From positions 2,937 to 66,936 of the forward strand of contig QALA01000079.1 in assembly GCA_003343565.1 (NCBI GenBank): a stretch of DNA of 64,000 nucleotides. The letters are read 5' to 3'. Of this stretch, positions 58,088 through 64,000 are shown in pieces (position 1 is the first letter of the stretch; each line of letters opens with the position of its first letter). The notes under the pieces are model-generated. The model was given only the letters and a program-made list of their open reading frames with translations. It ran no database searches and was not told the DNA's origin. Made by a program: the position numbers and the translations under genes. Source of the DNA: Verrucomicrobiota bacterium. GTDB lineage: Bacteria > Verrucomicrobiota > Verrucomicrobiia > Opitutales > Intestinicryptomonadaceae.

Positions 58088-60052
58088 ATGCAAAAAACCA
58101 AGCCAAAATCCGCACTTGCAATTTTTGTAAAATCGGTTGCGATTGCCGCGGCAGCAACGCTCGCGCCGGCGGCCTCCGCCGGAGAGCCTTCCCCATGCGC
58201 CGAGCCCGCGGCGCGCCTTGAGGGAAAACATATCGACGTATGCGCCCTGCCCGACGGGCGCCTGCGCGTATTGGACAAGCGCGGAAAAAACGTTTTCGAG
58301 CAGCTTGTCCCGTCGAACAAAATACTGTCGGTTTCGCAAACCGGGCAAAGCATCGAAATATGCATGGACGCCGGGGGATTCCGGGCGGTTGCAAGCGTGA
58401 AAATATGTTCGGATTCCGCCTTTGAGCTTGTCGTCAGCGCGGATTCAAAAGCGAAAATGGAAAAGCCGCTCGCCTTTCCGCCCGCATGGAAGATGGAAAA
58501 ATCCGATACGGGCATATATCCTCTCGGCACGGGCTACGCCTTTCCGGTCGACATGCAAAACATTCCCGTCCGCGCAAAGACGGCGTGCTGCGGCGGAGCG
58601 AATTGGTCCATGGCGCTGTCGGCGGCAAAGCGCGGCGACAGCGTCCTCGTGAGCGCGGTAGCCACCCCGTGCGACGCCCTCGCTACAAACGAATACAAAG
58701 AAGGCCTCATGCACACGGCATTCGAATGGATCCCGCAAAAAGGAGAGTTCGGATACGACAGAAAAATGAGATTCTTCGTGGGCGACGGACTCGTTGACGC
58801 GATGGGCCAATACCGAAAATGGCGCGAGGAAAACGGATTCGTAAGGACTCTCGAACAGAAGGCGGAAGCGTCGCCGCGCGTAAACCTGCTGCGCGGAGCC
58901 GCCAACGTCTGGCTCTGGGACGACAACGCCACCAACAGACTCTACGCGCGTCCGGAAAACCCAAACGCCCCCAAGCGCGACCCGCGCAAAATCGCCGACG
59001 AAATGGTTTCCCTCGGAATGCGCCGCGTCCTCTGGAACAACTTTGAGGGCGAAACGCGCCAAGACTGCCTCTACCTTCAAAAGCTCGGCTTCCTGGTCGG
59101 CAAATACGACATATACCGCGACGTTCTCCCAAAGCCCCTCGTCGACAAGGCAATCGAATTTAGGGTAAAGCGCAGCGTCAACACCAAGTATTGGCCGGAC
59201 ATCGTAAGAATCGGAAAGCGCGGCGACATGGCTCTCGCCTGGCAGGTTCACGGCAAAGACGGAAAGATGTATTACCAGCATTCCGTCTGCGAGATATGCG
59301 CGTTCGAGCTGACGAAAATAAACGTGCCGAAAGACCTGAAGAATGTGCCTTACGACGCCCGCCTGATAGACGTGCAGGCGCAGTCAAGCCCCGTTGAATG
59401 TTATAGCAAAAAACACCCCGCCACGCGGACGCAGTCTTTTGAAAACATAGCGCTTCAACAAAAATTTCTGGGCGGGCTCGGACTCGTGCGCGGCGTGGAG
59501 TGTGGACAGGAATACTTTGCGGCCGAATACGAATACGCCGAGGGGCTTCTTTCGCCCTACCCGTTCCGAATCCCCGACGCCGGGCGCAGAATGACCGACC
59601 GCCTGAAACGCTCCGAGCTAAATCCGGAGATGGAATCCTTCATGCTGAATCCCAAATACAGAATTCCCCTGTGGGAGCTGGCATACCACGACTGCGCGGT
59701 CAACTACTGGTACTGGGGCGTCAGCAGCTGCATATGTCCCGAAATAATGTACAAGTTCGACGCCTTTGACGCGCTCTACGGCTACCCGCCAATATACAGC
59801 CTCGACGTGTCCGGCTGGAACCTTCTCAAAGAAAAAATCGCCGAGTCCTACAAGAGGGTTTCTCCGATTGCCGAACTTGTCGGATTTGAAAAAATGACGA
59901 ACTTTGAATATTTGACCGGCGACAAACTCGTGCAAAAAACCACCTTCTCAAACGGCGCGAGCGTCGTCGCGAATTTCGGCGAATCCGACTACGCCCTGCC
60001 CGGCGGGAAAACCGTCCGCCCGTGGTCGTTCGCCCTCGTATACGACCGCTGA
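58088..60052 (+). CDS. Secreted hypothetical protein (possible glycoside hydrolase of unassigned family)
   Basis: Trimmed to ATG 58088 (MQKTKPKSALAIFVKSVAIAAAATLAPAASAGE signal). 654 aa, Trp/Tyr-rich segments (VWLWDDN, IPLWELAYHDCAVNYWYWG) suggestive of a carbohydrate-active fold. No family recognised. Confidence 0.7.
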   Translation: MQKTKPKSALAIFVKSVAIAAAATLAPAASAGEPSPCAEPAARLEGKHIDVCALPDGRLRVLDKRGKNVFEQLVPSNKILSVSQTGQSIEICMDAGGFRAVASVKICSDSAFELVVSADSKAKMEKPLAFPPAWKMEKSDTGIYPLGTGYAFPVDMQNIPVRAKTACCGGANWSMALSAAKRGDSVLVSAVATPCDALATNEYKEGLMHTAFEWIPQKGEFGYDRKMRFFVGDGLVDAMGQYRKWREENGFVRTLEQKAEASPRVNLLRGAANVWLWDDNATNRLYARPENPNAPKRDPRKIADEMVSLGMRRVLWNNFEGETRQDCLYLQKLGFLVGKYDIYRDVLPKPLVDKAIEFRVKRSVNTKYWPDIVRIGKRGDMALAWQVHGKDGKMYYQHSVCEICAFELTKINVPKDLKNVPYDARLIDVQAQSSPVECYSKKHPATRTQSFENIALQQKFLGGLGLVRGVECGQEYFAAEYEYAEGLLSPYPFRIPDAGRRMTDRLKRSELNPEMESFMLNPKYRIPLWELAYHDCAVNYWYWGVSSCICPEIMYKFDAFDALYGYPPIYSLDVSGWNLLKEKIAESYKRVSPIAELVGFEKMTNFEYLTGDKLVQKTTFSNGASVVANFGESDYALPGGKTVRPWSFALVYDR

Positions 60053-60161
60053 CCGCCAAACGTCGCAGGCGCAAAATTCGCGAAATTCGCCGATACGCGC
60101 GCGCGATTTTGCAGAATTTTGCGCCGGCGCAACGCGCGGCGATTGCCGCCGCGCCAAACTG

Positions 60162-63100
60162 CTACCCGCCGCCGAGCCTCAGCACTTTTGCGCGCGCAAC
60201 ATTTACCAACGCGCACTCTATTTGCGCTCCGGGAAAGACGAGGGAGGCCGCCTTTTTGTAGGACTCAAGCTGCGCGGAATAAAGGGAGACAATCTCCGAA
60301 TCCGAGAGGCCTGCCCCGTCGGTTTTAAACTCTACGATTTCCGCGCGGAGCGGACGGCCGTCGTCCGAAAAAAACGCGTTTATCCTGTCGATTCTGCCGC
60401 TCGTCGCGCGGCCTTTCTCCGACATCGCATAGGGAAATTCCCTGAAACACACAAGCCCGTCCGACTCCAAAAATAGAGCTCGCACTTCCGAAACGGACAG
60501 GGCGCGCTCCACGCATTCGCGCGCCCGCTCCAATACTTTCGCCCCGAAACGCAGCCCGAAAGACGCGCGCGAAACCGCCTCCGAAACGGGGCCGCGGAGA
60601 AAGTCAATCCGTTCCAATATCCTGTGCACGCACGTTCCGAAGATGCGGCCCTCCGCCGTCGTTCCGGCGTCCCTAACCCCCTCCGACGGAGAATCCGAAA
60701 AACCCAAAGCGGCGGGAAAATCCGCCCAATGCGAATTTTCAAGCGCGGGGATTTCCGCCGCGCGGGAAACTTCGGTTTTGGGGGAAACTTCGGCGCTCCA
60801 GTCGAGAGAGCCGAACGCCTCGCATGCGAGAGTCCCGGCAAAGGGCCGGACTTTGTCGCGGTCGAAGAGGACGTCGTAAACATGGCGCTCAAAGCTGTAC
60901 TTTGCCGCCGACTTTTTGCCCTCGTCAAACCATTCGGAAAGAAAGTACACCGCGCGCTTTGCGCGAGTGGCGCCCACGTAAAACTTGCATATTCGCGCCG
61001 TCGCATTGTCGGAGGCCATTTTCTCAAACTCCGCATTGAGAGAGGCGTCCATTCTGCAAACGGCTTCGGGCGGCATGCTTATGACTATCTTTCCGCCGTC
61101 CGAAGCGTCCGCAAGGCGCAACGAAGCCTCGTGCCCGCGGGTGTTTTCCAGCTGCGCAAGTATGACCGCGTCAAAGTCGAGCCCCTTCGACTTGTGTATG
61201 GTCATGACGCGTATCGCGGCGGGCTTTGAAGATTCGCGCGACTTCCGCGAAGCCGCATATTCGACGAACTCGTCTATCCCCCCGCGCGAGCCGAACTCCG
61301 TCGCCGCCGCGCGAAGAAGCGAGAGCTTGCGGCGCGAAAACGCGTCCGACTCCGGCAGAATCGGGTCCAAAAACTTTTCCACTTCCCGCACGAACCCTTC
61401 AAACCCCAAACGGGCCGCCCTCTCCAAAATTTCAAAACGCCAATTTTGCCCCGACGCGTACGGAGCCAGCGGCGTCATCTTGACATACGCCTCGGAAGCC
61501 GTGTCGGAAGGGTGCGCGGCAGCGTGCAGAAGCTTCAATACGGCGGGAACAATCATGTTGTCGTCGGCGATGGAATTTTCCACTTCTCCGGCCACCGAGA
61601 GCGCGGCGCAATCCTTCATAATTCGCCCGCGCAACCCCTCCACAACGCTCTCGACAATGGCGTTGGTCTGGACCAAAACGGCGCAGGAAAGACTCTTGCC
61701 GCTCGAATTTTGGCCGAATACGCATTTTATTATTTCATAAATCTGGTCGACTATATCGGCGTCGGCATCGCGCCTGACGAGAGCCGCGCAGCCGACGGAG
61801 CCGAGGCTGGAATGCGAGACGTGGTCCTCCCACCTGTCCAGCCAGGCGCGCGCGGCGGCCGGATTGAAATTCGACAGCGCCGGAGACGAAAACAGCGCGT
61901 TTACCGCGTCTATGACCGGGCGGACCGACCTTCTGGAAACGTTCAGCCGCGCGCCCTCCCTGATGTATCCGGAATATTTCTCAAATATTTCGTCGAACAG
62001 CTCCGGCGCCCCGCCGCGCCATGCGTAAATCGATTGCTTTGGATCGCCCACGCAGTAAAACGTGCGCTCCCCGGAGTCGTCTGCGAAGACCTCGTCTATC
62101 AGATTTTCGAGCGCGCTCCACTGGGCGCGCGACGTATCCTGAAATTCGTCAATCATCCAATGCTTGAATCTGGCGTCCATGCGGTACTCCGCAAGGCTGC
62201 GTTCGACACGCAGAGAGGAATCGGCCAACAGGCATGTCAGATCCTCAAAGGCGAGGCTTCCGCGCAGCCGCACCTCCCGCGAATAGATGGTCTCGTACGC
62301 GCGCGCGATTTTTCCGACGGCCGCCGCGCTCTCGCACGCCGCCGCAAACGAGGCTCCGGAGAGCATATCCAGCATCGCCTGGGCCGTCTCGGCAGCCTCC
62401 CGCGGAAGGCGCGCGCCTCCGCCGAAATCGAAATCCCGCACATTGCCCCCGCCGCGCATAAATTCAAAGAGAGCCGCCATCAATTTGGACCCCTTCGCAA
62501 TGCCGCCCAAACGCGAATTTTTCAAAAACGTGAACAGCTCCGACGCCTTCTTCGGAACGCCGCCGCCTGCGAGCAGAAGTTCAAGGCGGCCCAGCAAAAG
62601 CCCGTATTCTTCCGCGTCCCAAACGGCGGGCTTTATCTTGCACAGCGACTTTTTCGCCGCGCCCCATCGCTCCGGATACGGAAATTGCGCAAACATTCCC
62701 TGTGACTGGCGCACATAGTCCCCAATCTTGCCGTACACGCTCCTCTGCGTGCGCCCGAAAGAGGCCGCATTCACAAGCCCCACAAAGCGCGACAGCATGC
62801 GCGAATCGCGCGAAAGCTTCCCCAACAGGGCGTCCAAAACGGTCCGCCGCGCGCGCTCCTTCTCGTAGTCGTCCATTATCTTCAGGCGTCCCGCAATGCC
62901 GAGCTCCGTGGAAAAGGCCGAGACGAAACGCGCCTCAAACGCGTCTATGGTCGAGAGATTCAAACGGGGCAAAACCCGCGTCACGCGCTCCAAGATGTCG
63001 GCGAAGTCCCCGCGGCGCAAAATCCGGCCGCCGGATATTTCGGCTATCTGGACGCCGAGTTCGTCCGCGTAGGAAGCGTCGGAGGCGGCCGCGGCGAGCT

Positions 63101-63281
63101 TTGTAAGAATTTTGTCCAAAAACTCCGCCGCCGCCATGCGGGTAAACGTCAGCGCGCATATGCCCTCCGGGTCGCACGAACAGGCCAAGGCTATGAAGCG
63201 GTTTGTCAGCGAATAGGTCTTTCCGGATCCGGCGGAAGCCACGCTGCGCTCGTTTGAAAAAGCCGAAGGGCGCCGCTTCAT
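60162..63281 (-). CDS. addA: UvrD/Rep-type helicase with C-terminal PD-(D/E)XK nuclease (AddA/RecB-like)
   Basis: Walker A ASAGSGKT near the N-terminus, helicase motifs (MIDEFQDTS, TIHKSKGLDF, YVGATRAK), C-terminal nuclease segment (GRIDRINAFF...EIVEFKTD). 1039 aa. ATGA overlap with the upstream gene. Confidence 0.85.
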   Translation of the reverse strand: MKRRPSAFSNERSVASAGSGKTYSLTNRFIALACSCDPEGICALTFTRMAAAEFLDKILTKLAAAASDASYADELGVQIAEISGGRILRRGDFADILERVTRVLPRLNLSTIDAFEARFVSAFSTELGIAGRLKIMDDYEKERARRTVLDALLGKLSRDSRMLSRFVGLVNAASFGRTQRSVYGKIGDYVRQSQGMFAQFPYPERWGAAKKSLCKIKPAVWDAEEYGLLLGRLELLLAGGGVPKKASELFTFLKNSRLGGIAKGSKLMAALFEFMRGGGNVRDFDFGGGARLPREAAETAQAMLDMLSGASFAAACESAAAVGKIARAYETIYSREVRLRGSLAFEDLTCLLADSSLRVERSLAEYRMDARFKHWMIDEFQDTSRAQWSALENLIDEVFADDSGERTFYCVGDPKQSIYAWRGGAPELFDEIFEKYSGYIREGARLNVSRRSVRPVIDAVNALFSSPALSNFNPAAARAWLDRWEDHVSHSSLGSVGCAALVRRDADADIVDQIYEIIKCVFGQNSSGKSLSCAVLVQTNAIVESVVEGLRGRIMKDCAALSVAGEVENSIADDNMIVPAVLKLLHAAAHPSDTASEAYVKMTPLAPYASGQNWRFEILERAARLGFEGFVREVEKFLDPILPESDAFSRRKLSLLRAAATEFGSRGGIDEFVEYAASRKSRESSKPAAIRVMTIHKSKGLDFDAVILAQLENTRGHEASLRLADASDGGKIVISMPPEAVCRMDASLNAEFEKMASDNATARICKFYVGATRAKRAVYFLSEWFDEGKKSAAKYSFERHVYDVLFDRDKVRPFAGTLACEAFGSLDWSAEVSPKTEVSRAAEIPALENSHWADFPAALGFSDSPSEGVRDAGTTAEGRIFGTCVHRILERIDFLRGPVSEAVSRASFGLRFGAKVLERARECVERALSVSEVRALFLESDGLVCFREFPYAMSEKGRATSGRIDRINAFFSDDGRPLRAEIVEFKTDGAGLSDSEIVSLYSAQLESYKKAASLVFPGAQIECALVNVARAKVLRLGGG

Positions 63282-64000
63282 TTTTCAGCCTTTCCCCAAT
63301 CCAAAAATTCCGCCGGATTTCCGTCGGCAAACGAAAAAAAAGACTTCCACGCATCGAACGCCGGAGGGCGGTCGGAAGGCGAAAATTCGCGCGCGCGAAT
63401 TTTCGCCGCAATGTCCGACGCCTTGCGCATGGCCGATTCCATGGCTTCTTCGTCGATGTCCCATTCGTAGATTCCCGTCATCTGGCGTTCGGCGGCCAAT
63501 ATGAAATACGCGCACGAAATCTCGACGCCCGGAAATTTCTCGCGAGCGGCCTTCAAGTAAATCGGGAGCTGCAAATCCGTCCAATCGAGGACAACCTCCC
63601 CGTCGGCCGCCCGAACGCCGCGCCTGTGGTAGGACTCCGGCACCGACATGCCCCTCGAACGCCCCACCGAGGCCTTCGTCTTGTAGTCTATTATCATCAG
63701 GCCGCCGTTTTCGTTGCGGTCTATTCTGTCAATCCTCATCTTGACGGGGTAGCCGTCGATTTCGGTCTCAAAATTCTCCTCCACCTGCGCGATGCGCCAC
63801 CCCTTGGCCGCATGTAGCGCCTGCGCGGAAGCGGCGGCCGAAAGCAGCTCCGCCGCCGACTCCCGCTGAAACAGCAAAGACGCGCAATTTCTGCCGCCGT
63901 ATCTCCCGGAAAAAACCGACTTCAAGCCCGCCAACAGCGCCCTCTGAACGTCTTCGGCTTCCGTCGCCCCCGAAAATTCCGACTCTCCGAAAAATTCAAA
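63278..64000 (-). CDS. addB: PD-(D/E)XK nuclease-family protein, AddB-like partner (C-terminal part only; 5' end outside window)
   Basis: The frame is open to the window edge (the listed start at 63934 is TTG). Nuclease motif MRIDRIDRNENGGLMIIDYKTK. Positioned directly upstream of, and overlapping, the addA-like gene. Confidence 0.65.
   Translation of the reverse strand, partial: FEFFGESEFSGATEAEDVQRALLAGLKSVFSGRYGGRNCASLLFQRESAAELLSAAASAQALHAAKGWRIAQVEENFETEIDGYPVKMRIDRIDRNENGGLMIIDYKTKASVGRSRGMSVPESYHRRGVRAADGEVVLDWTDLQLPIYLKAAREKFPGVEISCAYFILAAERQMTGIYEWDIDEEAMESAMRKASDIAAKIRAREFSPSDRPPAFDAWKSFFSFADGNPAEFLDWGKAEK

Overview
This is a 64-kb chromosomal segment from a moderately high-GC Gram-negative bacterium. 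The gene content suggests the PVC group (Verrucomicrobiota, Lentisphaerota or Kiritimatiellota-like): a fused lpxC-fabZ, a complete futalosine (mqn) menaquinone operon, a PEP-CTERM protein, Tat-signal Gfo/Idh/MocA and aldo-keto reductases, and several secreted glycoside-hydrolase-like proteins. That placement is inference only.

I call 42 protein-coding genes, two of them cut by the window edges. One is rpmG (56 aa), which is absent from the ORF track. I also call 2 pseudogenes or gene relics, 1 tRNA-Leu(CAA) and 11 intrinsic terminators.

Most genes are housekeeping: aspartate aminotransferase, tig, ftsK, recN, prs, lpxD/lpxA/lpxC-fabZ, phoH, pgpH-like, xseA, mqnEACDB, dapF, rpmG, ppdK and addAB-like. 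Carbohydrate-active and secreted proteins are interspersed: GH29 fucosidase, a GH88/105-like protein, a beta-helix protein and an unknown 654-aa secreted protein. Between 8.2 and 46.8 kb, every gene except one is on the minus strand.

By my calls only about 80% of the window is coding. Sixteen spacers are 460-840 bp long, GC-rich and gene-free.

I found no CRISPR array, transposase, integrase, prophage or recognisable defence system, and no convincing novel multi-gene system. The items most worth follow-up are:
- A low-GC orphan gene (28437..29051) with an adjacent orphan plus-strand terminator and candidate sRNA.
- Nested perfect palindromes upstream of recN.
- Lys/Ala-rich histone-H1-like tails on PPDK and a HIT protein.
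- A Tat-signal aldo-keto reductase with a decayed inverted paralog fragment downstream.
- An SDR gene broken by an internal deletion.
- A translationally coupled mqnE-A-C-D-B-TVP38-xseA operon.

All functional calls rest on motif recognition by eye. No database search was run.
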